Source of the DNA: Botryllus schlosseri
Lineage: Eukaryota
Reading direction: 5' to 3'
Length of the DNA: 64,000 bases
NCBI GenBank assembly: GCA_051294905.1
Contig: CM119371.1
Span: forward strand, 6,202,001-6,266,000
Shown: positions 1 through 13,510 of the stretch, one piece after another
Layout of the letters: every line of letters begins with the position of its first letter
Numbering within the stretch: the stretch's first letter is position 1
Position numbers and translations under genes: made by a program
Notes under the pieces: generated by a model
What the model was told of the DNA's origin: nothing
Databases searched by the model: none
The model's input: only the letters and a program-made list of their open reading frames with translations

Positions 1-1742
1 CCATAGCGAGCAGTGATATAGCCTGCTACTATTTGGCCACGTATTAGGTGAATGCAGTCAGTTTCCACATATCTCGCGCCAAGAAATCGTTCGTTGAGGT
101 TCTATAGCTTTGTAGGAACTGATGTAATCATGCGTGACTGCCAGTAGAACAATTGAGATATGACTATCTTTGCGAAAAAGTGGAGTGACTAAACAAGTCT
201 CGGGAAATGTATCAATGCACGCCATGAAGTATCTGTAATGTCATCAACAAAGAATAGGTGAACCAAAGTGGAACAGCGTCCTTCGATTCAGTTCGGGCAT
301 ACGACGCGGAGCTCAGCTGCACTTTGCGAAACTCAGGTTACATGCCCCACTATGTACAATTGTACATACGTCCTACTTTAGGAGGATTTGTCCATCCATT
401 TCAATAAATCGAAAATTGGCAATTCATCCTCCTTTATAGATTTGGCTGCTGGGCGATTGCACACTCGCAACTAAAAAAGGGTGTATGGTAACCCTACCAC
501 TGTGGATTACAGATCTCAATGTTGGGAGCCACTGTTCTAAGGCCCTGTTTTCATTGACGCCGTGTTTGGTACGACCGTACTGACTCAAGCGATACTAGTC
601 AATGCTTCAAAGGCTGGATAGGGTGATTTGAAGCAAATCACCATGCAATGCGACGTACTTTAACATCCTTGTGGGTCTGTCCGAGTTGATCGCGATGGCG
701 AGATCTCGTCACACAATGACAAATACGTTAACGACCAGTGCAATCATGTTTGCACTTCACTTGGTCCTTAGAAAAGCATGTATTTTGTTTCGGCTATTTT
801 CTCGGAATGTGACCGATCAATACAACTTCGAAATGGGAGCGCTTTTGACCCCTGAAAACCCACCCGCTGGCTACACCACTGGTATTAGTGATGGCTAGTG
901 CATGCGATGGCGACAAGATCATCAAAATATGACGGCTTCTTTATGTAAAAAAACGAAGGAGGGGCAGGGAGTCAGATTATCTACGTTTCCATCGCTAATG
1001 GGCTTGGGCGATGGAGATGCGAAGAAACTGCAAGGCTATCGAGTTTGCACCACGGTTTTATCTTTCACGCAATCTCATTGCGTTGATCGCCTGGCGTGGA
1101 AGCTGTGTGGACACCAGTTTTAATGTAAAGACGTTTGTCTGACCGAGCAATAAGATGTACGCAGTACGCTCATACATTACTTTATCAAATATATATCTAG
1201 ATTCTAGAAAGTTCAAGGAACGTATGTTTCGGTGTTAGTTTACAACGCACCGTCCCAGAGTACTTTTTCAATAGTCAGTGGGAATTAAATTCATTTCTAC
1301 AGCGAAAAGAGAAGGTAACACGTGTAAAGCCGTGCAAATTTTGAACCCATCCCTAAACTACTCAATAAAGTGGTAATGTAACTTGTGTACGTGCGAGAAT
1401 ATAGTGGAAGTCGTCTACACAAACCTTGCCACCAGCAAGTTCGTATTGTAAATGACGAAGATCTAGTTGACTATTGTCAAATTGGATGCAAAGGGCGGAT
1501 TTTGATCCAACTAGATGTGCCAAAATCAGGAACTGGTCATGAACTCGTGGCCGGCCACGATGAATTCTCATGGCCGGCCATGGCCTCGCGGGCCGGATGA
1601 AATGGTCTGGCGGGCCGGATGTTTGACACCCCTGCGGTAGAATATTCGAAAACATTCTATTTCACGCGATTCCTATGAAACGTTCACTCATAAAACTTGA
1701 CGCAAGCTCATCACAAAGCTACTCGCTTTCCACAATCTATTT

Positions 1743-2008
1743 AGAGAGAGAGAGAGGTCGAATTTATTTTTGCCTGCACCATCGAGATGCTTAACGGTGG
1801 ATATGCGATACGGCCTTTAAATAAGGTCAGCTAGTCTGCACCACCGATTTTTCTCCTCCATGTTATATGTGGATGCCGAGCGCCTGGCGCGGGCCGCGCG
1901 GATGCCAGTTCTCGAGTCTTCGGCCCTACTGAGCAGGAGATTAAACCCACGCCCGCAACCTACAGATCAAAAAGCCGGGCGCATCACCATTACACTATCT
2001 CGCTCGGT
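1743..2008 (-). mobile_element. tRNA-derived SINE (duplicate at 7977-8242)
   Basis: The minus strand has A-box-like TAGTGTAATGG, a degenerate B-box GGTTTAATCTC, and an AATAAA plus (CT)n tail. Confidence 0.55.
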
Positions 2009-2351
2009 TTGTATAATACAGTCATGTGTTTAGTGTAACAGTTCCAGAAGTAGGCCAACACGTATTCGCTTAGTACAGATCGAGAGTGTACGATTTCAGC
2101 GCGTATCTGATTACTAGACTCGAACTCGAACCATGACAGATAAGGCTCGATTTGAATTTGAGTATTTGATTATTTGTGCCTAGCCGTAGTAGGGCTTGCA
2201 CACGAGTTCACGTGTAAAAATAACGATACCGGACCTATTAATTCTCGGGCGGTACACAAAAATAGATAAAGTTGAACTTAATCAGTAATAAAGGGCGAAG
2301 TACGGTTCTCTTGTCGAGACAAGCCTGCAAGCACGAAGAAAACGCGCAAAC

Positions 2352-2487
2352 CTGCTGCAGACAACACTCTGCGTCTTCGAGCTGCGAGCGTTTCTCGTTG
2401 TACAAGCGTGATACCGAATCGTATTTGGCCGTCTGCATCTCCGCCCTGTCCTGCCATTCTTTCAGCTGATGTTCCAAGGCAACGCAT
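2352..2487 (-). pseudogene. Duplicated exon of the coiled-coil gene (copy of 8586-8721)
   Basis: aag|ATGCGTTGCC...CTGCAGCAG|gtttgc, encoding CVALEHQLKEWQDRAEMQTAKYDSVSRLYNEKRSQLEDAECCLQQ. Confidence 0.7.
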
Positions 2488-3082
2488 CTTTAAAGCGATA
2501 GAAACCTCCAATCGTGATAAACCGCAAATTCAGATTTGAAATGTGATAACGACGGTCAAATTAAGACAAGAAATATCGTACCAACTTTTAAACTGTTTCA
2601 ATTATCACAGCAGTACAGCAGCGGTTCTCGAACTGGATTAGAACGAAATCTCTTCCAACCGATTATATCTCGATCCGATCAACTGCAGTGTTTCCCAAAT
2701 GTTTTTCACACATTCATTCACACAGTTTTCTATAGCCTACAACATCCTTCAATCGCCCCATTTGTAAGTAGAGCCCCTTCAAAGCTGGTGGTTCTGAATT
2801 CTGATGTCATTTGGAATGATTGTGTGGTGCGGTAATGTATGAATATATGCTGGCATGGTCAATTGATCATGTTTATGATTTCGGAAACACACTAGAACTG
2901 AAGTACCACCGGTACTCTCTGATTGATTGTGCACATCATCATGCTGATTATATATATTTCCTATTCATTGCTGCTCTATCAAGTGATCATTTTGATTGAT
3001 TCATCCATTTTGTTTGATACATGTCTGTTCTGTGACTGTGCCGCTTGTGAAAATTTAGTTCCATTCTTCAGTAGTAGATAGG

Positions 3083-4393
3083 CAGGCCGTGTTATTTTTG
3101 GCATTTCAGGAGCCAGATGCCAAACTGCCAAAAATAAAAATTTGAAAATGCCAAAAATAAGCAATTTTTGGCATATGCCCAAAATAAAACGGCCTGCCAA
3201 ATAGTGTATTTCGTTCATGGTGTTGTGTTAACAGGACCGCGTTACAAGCGAGGAGAGCGTCTGTGAAAGGCAGGTTTCTTAATCTGAGACCCACCCACCC
3301 ATTAGGGGTGAAAGCATGGTGTCATAAATGGTGTGGGCACAGCGAGATTGAACGGCTGACTGTATTTGGTTTAGGTCATACTTTCCATTTGTCCAAAGGC
3401 AATTTTACGACCATTTTTGACCGGCTTGTCGAGCGCTAAATCTGATAAAACGGGTATCAATGAGATGCTGCCACAGTACTGATTATTAAAATACAAATTA
3501 TATTCTGCTCATGGAACTGAAACCCCCAAAATCAACAACGATTTTTGCATTGTGATCGAGTTGAACATTGTGACGCAACAAATTATCTGGCTATTTCTGA
3601 GCTGCATAGTCTCGTTTTGCCAGACAGTCTTGTTGCGTCAATGTTCTTAAACAAGCTAACCTTCCCAGGACTCTTCCATGCGAGTTTGTAACATTAAAGC
3701 CACCTGAAGTGAATATAGACTGAAGGAGAAATGATAGTCGGGCTACTAAATAGAATGTGTTGAGAGACAACACAGGAAACTCCTGGAAAAGGATCGGGAA
3801 GACAATTCTTTCCGCGACGAGATCGATGGCACTGGCGAAGTGAACTCTTTTCATGATGCATGGAAGCCGGTTCGGCCTCAAAAGATTTGAAGCTCTGAAA
3901 ACCTTTTGTGGATGACTGGCAACATTCTTTCCCTCAACGGCTACTGTTGAAGCCGATATGCATGAGAGAAATGAATTTAGGAGGAACTTAGCTGACCTGA
4001 GTTTGGAAGCACTGTTACAGTGCAAACGATTTAAGTCTATTCAACAGCTGTAACAATCAGCTGTTGAGCGTGTTTGTTAGGCTTCTCTTTTTTTTTGCTT
4101 ATTGGCACCGATTCCGATGAATACTGCACATTTTGTGGTTTCGTTTGATATTATTAACCTATGAAATCGTTAGATTTTATCTTCTTCCTATTGTTTGTTG
4201 GTATACTGATTATAAGTGGATGCTGCACATTCTGTGGTGTCTTTGACAAACTAGTTCAAAATAAAGCGTTTCTGTGAATAATTCGAGGCTGAAACTATCT
4301 ATTTAGAGGACGATGCCAAAACTGCCAAAAATAAAAATCAGAAAATGCCAAAAATAAGTTAGTTTTGGCATATGCCAAAAATAACACGGCCTG
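3083..4393 (+). mobile_element. Internally deleted hAT-like DNA transposon with a decayed transposase C-terminus
   Basis: Perfect 22-bp TIR CAGGCCGTGTTATTTTTGGCAT (3083-3104 / 4372-4393). The plus strand reads LPRTLPCEFVTL...SFHDAW...RFEALKTFCG*LATFFPSTATVEADMHERNEFRRNLADLSLEALLQCKRF (3661-4050), resembling a hAT dimerisation region. Flanks tagatagg/actatagg match only partly. Confidence 0.75.
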
Positions 4394-6234
4394 ACTATAG
4401 GCCTAGTTGTCTTGGCCAAGTCACAATGCACAATATCTGATTTTGTTGTTGGAATCATGACATTCCGGGTTACTATGTTTACCCTCACCGTAAAGCAACT
4501 AATATTGCTTTCTCTGTTCTCATAGTCTTTTTAGCTCATTTCCCCTGCCTAGTTCCCACCACTCGCATATATATTCAAGATATATACCGTACCTAACATT
4601 ACCGTATTGATTCGAGATGTGATATAAATAAATCCTTGTAAGGCATTACTTGATGCTAATTTGTAGATTATCCTGTATGGAATCGGTGTCCTGTGCTCAC
4701 ACTATGTTTTATTTTTTAAATATTTTTTATTAAATTACTTTAACTTGGAAATTACTCCCTGGCTCACCTGATATATCAGGCAAAACGGCCAGCGATTCCA
4801 ATCAGGTTGATTATAATGTTCATATCTGTTTTGCAGGCTATATTTAATGTGAAATAGCACTAAAGCAATAGCAGGATTTTTTCAGATCCTAATTTTGTTG
4901 CTCAACTGTCGGACTCCGAAATCCTATTTGACTGTCGGATCAGGACGGATACGGATTCCCAAAATCTGGAATCCGCCCATCTCTGGTCGTGAAGACACAG
5001 TAGGGATATCATTGCTGTGACGTCACAGTGCTGCGACAATCGTCATCGAAACCAATACGTCAATACGTTCTTGATATGTTGGTGCTAGCTCGGAGTATCA
5101 GATAAGATCGCATTCACTGCTGTACGACAGTATGTCGTACCGTACCGGTATCCTTGCCGATCAAATCGCGTAGTTGAGAAGGTTAGCATTGTTACCATTG
5201 TTTAATCATCAATCACATTTTTATATCTGTGTTTGAGCTCACAATTGAAACAAACTTTTCGGATTGATCTAAACGGCTATGCCTACTATCGTGCTATACA
5301 TTATATATATATAGTATATAATATCAATTGTGCCTCACATCGGTTCTACAATGAAGAATAAAGTTTAGAATATTGCATTAGTGGACTTCCCCGTTATTTT
5401 TGATGCAATCAAAATCTGCGCGCAATCAAAATCGTGGTGTGGCCGTCGCCCACTCATATGAGTGGGTGCGGGTATTTCGGGAAGACAATCACCCACTCAA
5501 ATGAGTGGGTCGGGGCTCAAAGAGTTAACTCATGTGCACTGCGTCATTGGGCGGAGAATGCTACATATCAGTTATATCTGCGGAAAGTCAACAGCGCTTT
5601 ACTGGAGTATTAGAGGTTCGCGGTGTGATAAAAGGAGTTATTTAGCATCATCATTGTCAGGAAAAATTGCGGGCAGTTCTATTAAGTTGTCGCTGAGCTG
5701 CATGACTATTGTCACATAGGGCCTACCCGTTTCACTTGTTATTCTGCTGATATGGTAATGTCATCCTCCAAATCACTCTTCTCTCGTTATGCCAGATTGT
5801 ATCCTTGGCTAGGCCTGTTCTCTTGCCTTTTCAAATTAGAGGATTCAAATATGCTGGTTCTGTGCTAGGTGCTAGCAATCTCTTGCTCAATTTGCCACCA
5901 ATTCTACTGGCAACTTCCCCAAGTGCAGTCTGGAATCCTGCCATCTCAAATAAATCCGAACACAATATCAGTAATATTGTTGTTGAATTAGCGCAATGTT
6001 CTTTAGGCATTCTGGTTTTTTCGAATAACCGGGCTCCCACAATTTGAAAATGGATGGATGCCAATATTGATGTCCAGAATGTGGACATCAGCCTCTCAAA
6101 ATAAAAAAGATGGACATAAGTACAGTCCAACTATGAAACTAGTGGATTTGGCCGCTTTGGCACCGTACCAGTGTGTAAGGCATGCTTAAGGCATGTGAGT
6201 GAATTGTGAAAACATGTCATGAGGTGCTTCAATT

Positions 6235-9013
6235 CCATAGCGAGCAGTGATATAGCCTGCTACTATTTGGCCACGTATTAGGTGAATGCAGTCAGTTTCC
6301 ACATATCTCGCGCCAAGAAATCGTTCGTTGAGGTTCTATAGCTTTGTAGGAACTGATGTAATCATGCGTGACTGCCAGTAGAACAATTGAGATATGACTA
6401 TCTTTGCGAAAAAGTGGAGTGACTAAACAAGTCTCGGGAAATGTATCAATGCACGCCATGAAGTATCTGTAATGTCATCAACAAAGAATAGGTGAACCAA
6501 AGTGGAACAGCGTCCTTCGATTCAGTTCGGGCATACGACGCGGAGCTCAGCTGCACTTTGCGAAACTCAGGTTACATGCCCCACTATGTACAATTGTACA
6601 TACGTCCTACTTTAGGAGGATTTGTCCATCCATTTCAATAAATCGAAAATTGGCAATTCATCCTCCTTTATAGATTTGGCTGCTGGGCGATTGCACACTC
6701 GCAACTAAAAAAGGGTGTATGGTAACCCTACCACTGTGGATTACAGATCTCAATGTTGGGAGCCACTGTTCTAAGGCCCTGTTTTCATTGACGCCGTGTT
6801 TGGTACGACCGTACTGACTCAAGCGATACTAGTCAATGCTTCAAAGGCTGGATAGGGTGATTTGAAGCAAATCACCATGCAATGCGACGTACTTTAACAT
6901 CCTTGTGGGTCTGTCCGAGTTGATCGCGATGGCGAGATCTCGTCACACAATGACAAATACGTTAACGACCAGTGCAATCATGTTTGCACTTCACTTGGTC
7001 CTTAGAAAAGCATGTATTTTGTTTCGGCTATTTTCTCGGAATGTGACCGATCAATACAACTTCGAAATGGGAGCGCTTTTGACCCCTGAAAACCCACCCG
7101 CTGGCTACACCACTGGTATTAGTGATGGCTAGTGCATGCGATGGCGACAAGATCATCAAAATATGACGGCTTCTTTATGTAAAAAAACGAAGGAGGGGCA
7201 GGGAGTCAGATTATCTACGTTTCCATCGCTAATGGGCTTGGGCGATGGAGATGCGAAGAAACTGCAAGGCTATCGAGTTTGCACCACGGTTTTATCTTTC
7301 ACGCAATCTCATTGCGTTGATCGCCTGGCGTGGAAGCTGTGTGGACACCAGTTTTAATGTAAAGACGTTTGTCTGACCGAGCAATAAGATGTACGCAGTA
7401 CGCTCATACATTACTTTATCAAATATATATCTAGATTCTAGAAAGTTCAAGGAACGTATGTTTCGGTGTTAGTTTACAACGCACCGTCCCAGAGTACTTT
7501 TTCAATAGTCAGTGGGAATTAAATTCATTTCTACAGCGAAAAGAGAAGGTAACACGTGTAAAGCCGTGCAAATTTTGAACCCATCCCTAAACTACTCAAT
7601 AAAGTGGTAATGTAACTTGTGTACGTGCGAGAATATAGTGGAAGTCGTCTACACAAACCTTGCCACCAGCAAGTTCGTATTGTAAATGACGAAGATCTAG
7701 TTGACTATTGTCAAATTGGATGCAAAGGGCGGATTTTGATCCAACTAGATGTGCCAAAATCAGGAACTGGTCATGAACTCGTGGCCGGCCACGATGAATT
7801 CTCATGGCCGGCCATGGCCTCGCGGGCCGGATGAAATGGTCTGGCGGGCCGGATGTTTGACACCCCTGCGGTAGAATATTCGAAAACATTCTATTTCACG
7901 CGATTCCTATGAAACGTTCACTCATAAAACTTGACGCAAGCTCATCACAAAGCTACTCGCTTTCCACAATCTATTTAGAGAGAGAGAGAGGTCGAATTTA
8001 TTTTTGCCTGCACCATCGAGATGCTTAACGGTGGATATGCGATACGGCCTTTAAATAAGGTCAGCTAGTCTGCACCACCGATTTTTCTCCTCCATGTTAT
8101 ATGTGGATGCCGAGCGCCTGGCGCGGGCCGCGCGGATGCCAGTTCTCGAGTCTTCGGCCCTACTGAGCAGGAGATTAAACCCACGCCCGCAACCTACAGA
8201 TCAAAAAGCCGGGCGCATCACCATTACACTATCTCGCTCGGTTTGTATAATACAGTCATGTGTTTAGTGTAACAGTTCCAGAAGTAGGCCAACACGTATT
8301 CGCTTAGTACAGATCGAGAGTGTACGATTTCAGCGCGTATCTGATTACTAGACTCGAACTCGAACCATGACAGATAAGGCTCGATTTGAATTTGAGTATT
8401 TGATTATTTGTGCCTAGCCGTAGTAGGGCTTGCACACGAGTTCACGTGTAAAAATAACGATACCGGACCTATTAATTCTCGGGCGGTACACAAAAATAGA
8501 TAAAGTTGAACTTAATCAGTAATAAAGGGCGAAGTACGGTTCTCTTGTCGAGACAAGCCTGCAAGCACGAAGAAAACGCGCAAACCTGCTGCAGACAACA
8601 CTCTGCGTCTTCGAGCTGCGAGCGTTTCTCGTTGTACAAGCGTGATACCGAATCGTATTTGGCCGTCTGCATCTCCGCCCTGTCCTGCCATTCTTTCAGC
8701 TGATGTTCCAAGGCAACGCATCTTTAAAGCGATAGAAACCTCCAATCGTGATAAACCGCAAATTCAGATTTGAAATGTGATAACGACGGTCAAATTAAGA
8801 CAAGAAATATCGTACCAACTTTTAAACTGTTTCAATTATCACAGCAGTACAGCAGCGGTTCTCGAACTGGATTAGAACGAAATCTCTTCCAACCGATTAT
8901 ATCTCGATCCGATCAACTGCAGTGTTTCCCAAATGTTTTTCACACATTCATTCACACAGTTTTCTATAGCCTACAACATCCTTCAATCGCCCCATTTGTA
9001 AGTAGAGCCCCTT
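6235..9013 (+). repeat. Tandem segmental duplication, copy 2 (the full unit is probably 2780-9013)
   Basis: Same sequence as 1-2779. This copy continues into the upstream exons of the coiled-coil gene. Confidence 0.97.
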
Positions 9014-10694
9014 TCGAGGTTTTCAACCCCCCCTCCCCCCAGTGAGGCGGGCGCCCGCTTTAGGGGCCGATCGCACAACGGAAGAGCCACACATACTTTT
9101 CCTGCTTCTCTCGGTAGCGCTCGGCAAATTCAGAAGGTTCGAGCCTTAAATTCTCGTCGGCGATCAGTTTGCGACTTGACGTCCGTCGATCAGACTTGAC
9201 GTCCGTCTCCAAATCGATCTTCTCACATCTCAACCTGGCAGAAAACAAGTCGAGACGTTGAGCTCATATTGACGAACTACCGATGATACAATGTCTCAAT
9301 CTTAGACATGTAGGCTACACTTAAATATTTCATTAACATACTGCCCGCTGTTGTGCTGTGTCTGGCCAGCGCTTTTCGATTCTTTTGTGTTTGCAGAGGT
9401 GGACAAATACTCTTGTCGTTGGAGCTCAAGTAGAAATAAAAGCAATGTCGTAAACGTATACCCAAGCACAAGTGTCAATTTTCAAGTAAGAGAAAAGATC
9501 CAAGTATTCTATATCTAACTTTGGTGAAAAACCGAAACTGCTATGCAGGAGAAGTCAAATCTTGTGTACACCACAAGTGTGACGTACCGTTCGGCAGGAG
9601 GAATCGACTTGTAAATCACGTCCCACAGCGCGTCCATTTCGTTTTGCAAAGTTGGTAGACAGCCCGCGTACTCTTGATGTTCCTCATCGATGTCTTGCAA
9701 CTGTAAAACAAAGGCCGGCTCTAGCAGCCGTGCTCTTGCATCCGCAATTTCAACCGCCTTACTCGAGTCTGCAAATAGATAATCCGGCTTTGGGCGTCCA
9801 ACAGTTCTGGAGATCAGAACACAGGTCTAAGAATAATTGCGATTTCACACCGCGCTAGTGTCTACACAGGGGTTCCCAACCTGGGCCACAAGAATTTGCC
9901 ATTTATCATATCTGTGCCCACTCTACCACAATTGCATTTTGTACAGTTATTCAATTAAAATGGTGCTTTTTCAATTTATTTTGAAAGTCACGAGATGAGG
10001 GCCATTGAGAATTGAAAATTTTCAAGGGGCATAAAAAAGGTTAAGAAGTCCGGCAACTACCATAAGTGGGCAAAGTATGATACTTTAAGTATCCATTGAA
10101 GTTACTCAAGTCAAGTTGTAATAATTTTTATGAATTTTTACTAGAGTACAAGAAGAAGTAGCAATTTTCAAGCAAAAAAAGAAAGCATTTAGTTCCAGGC
10201 CTAAAAAACTGAACACAGAATATCAATATACAACTGAATAGTATATTCATATTGAAATGAGCCCGAATATTGTCGGCTGAAAATATATAAAAATAGTACA
10301 TTAAACAGTCTCTTATTCGAAATTTCATACTGGTGACGTCATATTTTCTGATTCGATCGTTGATATTCAATGTTTATTCCAATTCTCTACTAGTAGCTGA
10401 CGATTACCTGACGATTACGAGTTTCAGCCGAAAATATTCCGGTTCATTTCAATATGAATATACTGTTCGATAATCGCGTCGAGCTATCCAACCCAAAAAT
10501 TAACTCCTATTTTATTCATTCAGAAAACATAAATGATTACCATCTCGGGCCGCCGAAGTCCTCCAGTCCTTGTCCGCGATCTCACCACACACACACGTCC
10601 GCGATCTCTTCAGCAGTGACTGGCAAGTTGGCAAGTCAGTCAATTGTTTCAGAAGAAATAGCAGACTTTTGACTTCTTTGCTTTCATCTTCTCC
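8586..10694 (-). pseudogene. Spliced coiled-coil protein gene fragment, unidentified and probably disabled
   Basis: Exons 10694-10541, 9700-9588, 9234-9097 and 8721-8586 have GT-AG ends. The last three join in phase (LQDIDEEHQEY...PAER|LRCEKIDLE...KQEK|CVALEHQLKEW...). The first exon joins in frame only after removing a 25-nt insertion. Confidence 0.7.
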
Positions 10695-10972
10695 CTGGAA
10701 AACATTTAAACAAAATTTATATTTATAAAATACTCTTGCTTGGCTCGGGGTCTGGAGTTTTAAATTAGAATTTCAGGAGAGTTGTGGAGTAGACTGCTAA
10801 CGATACGTCACTGCTGTGTCAATGCAACTGCTCTAACTTTCCAATCGAACGAGCAGTAACTACAGATAGATATAGGTATTGATAACTAATCTACGGATAG
10901 TTGTGCAACACGGGACTCACTGTTGAATACGCCAAGATGGGTACTGCTTAACCGGCAAAAGCAGCATATAGT

Positions 10973-11514
10973 CAGGGTTGTAATGACTCGGGTCGATTTT
11001 CTGTTGACTCGACTCGAGTCATTTTCTCAAAATACGTTAATAAATAAACTCGACTCGAGTCAATCTGTGTATTGACTCGACTTGGACTCGAGTCGTTGGG
11101 TACACACCTATAACTCGAACGAAGTCATATGACTCGAGACTCAGACGGCAAGACCGACATTTCATTGAAATTTCAAAGAATAGTAAAGTAACCAACCACC
11201 CCATTGGCATTTCGTCTATTGGTACTGGTAGGCCTACATGAAAATGAGACCAGAAACTGCTAAAAGTGAGAAAAATTAGTATATTTTTATAAATGCGAAC
11301 CATTCGATATCATTAAACAGGGTTATAAAAACTGGGTTCGACAAGACTAACTGGAAACTGAGCAGTCAACACAATGACTTGGACTCAAGTCATAATACCA
11401 CAACTCGGACACGACCCTCTGCTCGATGACTTCGACTCGGACTTGACTCGAGTCTGGACTATAAAAGTGGGATTAACTTGTGACTCAGAGCCTTGTGACT
11501 TGGTTACAACCCTG
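10973..11514. mobile_element. MITE (hAT-like, rich in GACTCGAGTC)
   Basis: TIR CAGGGTTGTAA...TTACAACCCTG with ATATAGT duplicated on both flanks. Related pieces occur near 16850-16963, 17890-18120, 20790-20860, 22110-22270, 48343-48520 and 51900-52147. Confidence 0.85.
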
Positions 11515-12269
11515 ATATAGTCCTATAGCTCGCGGCCGATGGCGTCGATCGATCGATCGGAACAATGCCAATTTGACCCTGACACCGAGAAAAGTTGGGA
11601 ACCACTGGCTTAGATGATTTGATCAAGTATACACGTGAAAAAAATGACCTGAATTTCGCGGCTACGTATAAAAATCATTCATCTGATGTAGCCCGCGAGC
11701 TATCTGAAGGTTTGAATCTGGCCCGAGACACCAGTTGAGTTTGACACCCCTGCCATATAGAGCAGTGGTCTCGTACTCAAATGTGCTCGCGGGCCAATTC
11801 CTAGTTTTTGATGATGCCACGGGCCGCAGTGTCAATAATAGGGATATTCAATGTATAAGTTCAAAGTAGATCTTATTTGACGGGACCTTGCAGACAGGCA
11901 TTCCACAGACATCGTGGAAATGTAATTTACTATTGTATTATTCACGCTTGACACGGGAAAAAAATCACATTTCAAATATTTGAATAAAATTGTTTTTGTG
12001 CCGGGCATAATTTGTGTAAATTAATGAGTTATAGACATGATGCGAGAGGATGCATCATGACATGGTAAAACTGTCAGGTTATAATATTGCAGCTAGTGGA
12101 CCTTTGACGTGCCACAATTTTATGTAGCATATTTTAAAATCTACTAAAGATATATCTGATATCAAAGCATTTGAGCGGTGTAGCCTAATCCCGGTATTGA
12201 TATATGTATTGACTGTAATTGAGGAAGTCGTTGCATGATCATAGGCCGAAAAACATGCAATGAACACTT

Positions 12270-13510
12270 ACCCAGTGATGGCACCCAACTCCACCATATT
12301 GCAGGCATGGATACTTTTCGCAAAGATGCCTGGATAATTCGGTATATGCTCTTTTGAACGTCATATCACCGTGTGCTCGGGTGTGGTATGCGCATTCTTC
12401 CACCACGGAATTTAGTGAATGTCCAGCCTTTTGATGTTGCAATGCGGATGCAACAGGGGCACTGAATTTCGGTAATGTAAATCTCTTTTGCGAAGGAGCA
12501 ATTCCCAGCAGACTATCTATCTTCTGGAATTGAAGCAATTCCTAGCTCACTATCGTCTGGAATCGTTTGAACATCTCTGTCCTAAAACGAAATATCATAC
12601 TCAATTTATGCGTATTGGTAGGCGTGTTGGGATGACTTGAAGTCCAAAAATCGGGTGACTTGACTTGACTTGACTCAAGTCAAAATGTACAATGACTCAA
12701 AATGACTCGTGACTCGAAGGTAGTGACTTGATCCCAACACTGATTGGTAGATTATAGTAATGTAAATGTTCATACCAAAACGTTAGTATTTGATGCAGGT
12801 GAGTCCTCGTAATGTAATCTTCTTGCATCTTCATGGGTTCAATTTTCTGTAAAATATAGTTCCATGTAACAGTGCATAAAATATTGCCTTTAATAAGTTC
12901 TACGCACATCATGAGTAGATGTCTCTGGATTTTCGAAATCACTACTCCAAGCAGGTACATGCGGCACTAAATCGGTCCCACTGTGTTTGATCGACCTCAA
13001 CCACTTCTACAAGACAAGATTAGATGATGCAGATCGCTCCCTTTCCAGGATGGGAAATTCATAGCTACGAATGTGGAAACAATGTATTCACATCTCTCAG
13101 GGCATTCAAACGGCGCATCAAGCCAACTTTAAAATCCATTTTAACGAAATCCTCATCAGCCAAGCAAACCAAAAACCATGCTACATACTTCATTTTCTGA
13201 AAAAACAAAATACAAATATACATTTCACTTCCAAACGTAGGCCATGTTGAGCAAATATACTCTACTAGCTTTAGCAGGACTACCTTTAAAGACACCACAC
13301 CTGATCAACACACTTGGCTATAATATACTGAATGCCACCGATTTTGTGACTAATTTGTGGCCACGGATAGGTGAAGTGGGAAACTTTACAAAACTTAACA
13401 ACATGACTACTTTCTACGGCATATGCATTGAATTCGGACTGAAAATACAGAACATTAAAGCGACCAGTAATATTATGCCGATATTTTGTGTTTTTTGCGG
13501 TGGGATCCAA
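12270..13510 (-). mobile_element. Decayed CMC/EnSpm-like element: transposase C-terminus plus SAM-domain accessory gene remnants
   Basis: FQSEFNAYAVE...FTYPWPQISHKIGG (13286-13510), SAM-like CLADEDFVKMDFKVGLMRRL (~13100-13170), and FTLPKFS...YTELSRHLCEKYPCL...W|gtaagt (12270-12500). Recognised from motif memory only. Confidence 0.5.
12622..12742. mobile_element. 121-bp hAT-type MITE
   Basis: TIR (gc)GTGTTGGGAT...ATCCCAACACTG, with 8-bp TSD ATTGGTAG at 12614-12621 and 12743-12750. Confidence 0.85.

Larger units (their letters stand above)
1..2779 (+). repeat. Tandem segmental duplication, copy 1 (partial, runs off the window start)
   Basis: 1-2779 matches 6235-9013 at a constant offset of 6234, and the ORF translations are identical. 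The match ends at ...GAGCCCCTT|C versus GAGCCCCTT|T. Confidence 0.97.

Noticed and set aside
1304..1315. Possible 12-nt plus-strand micro-exon (ctacag|CGAAAAGAGAAG|gtaaca)
   Set aside because: No partner exons identified; could easily be chance.
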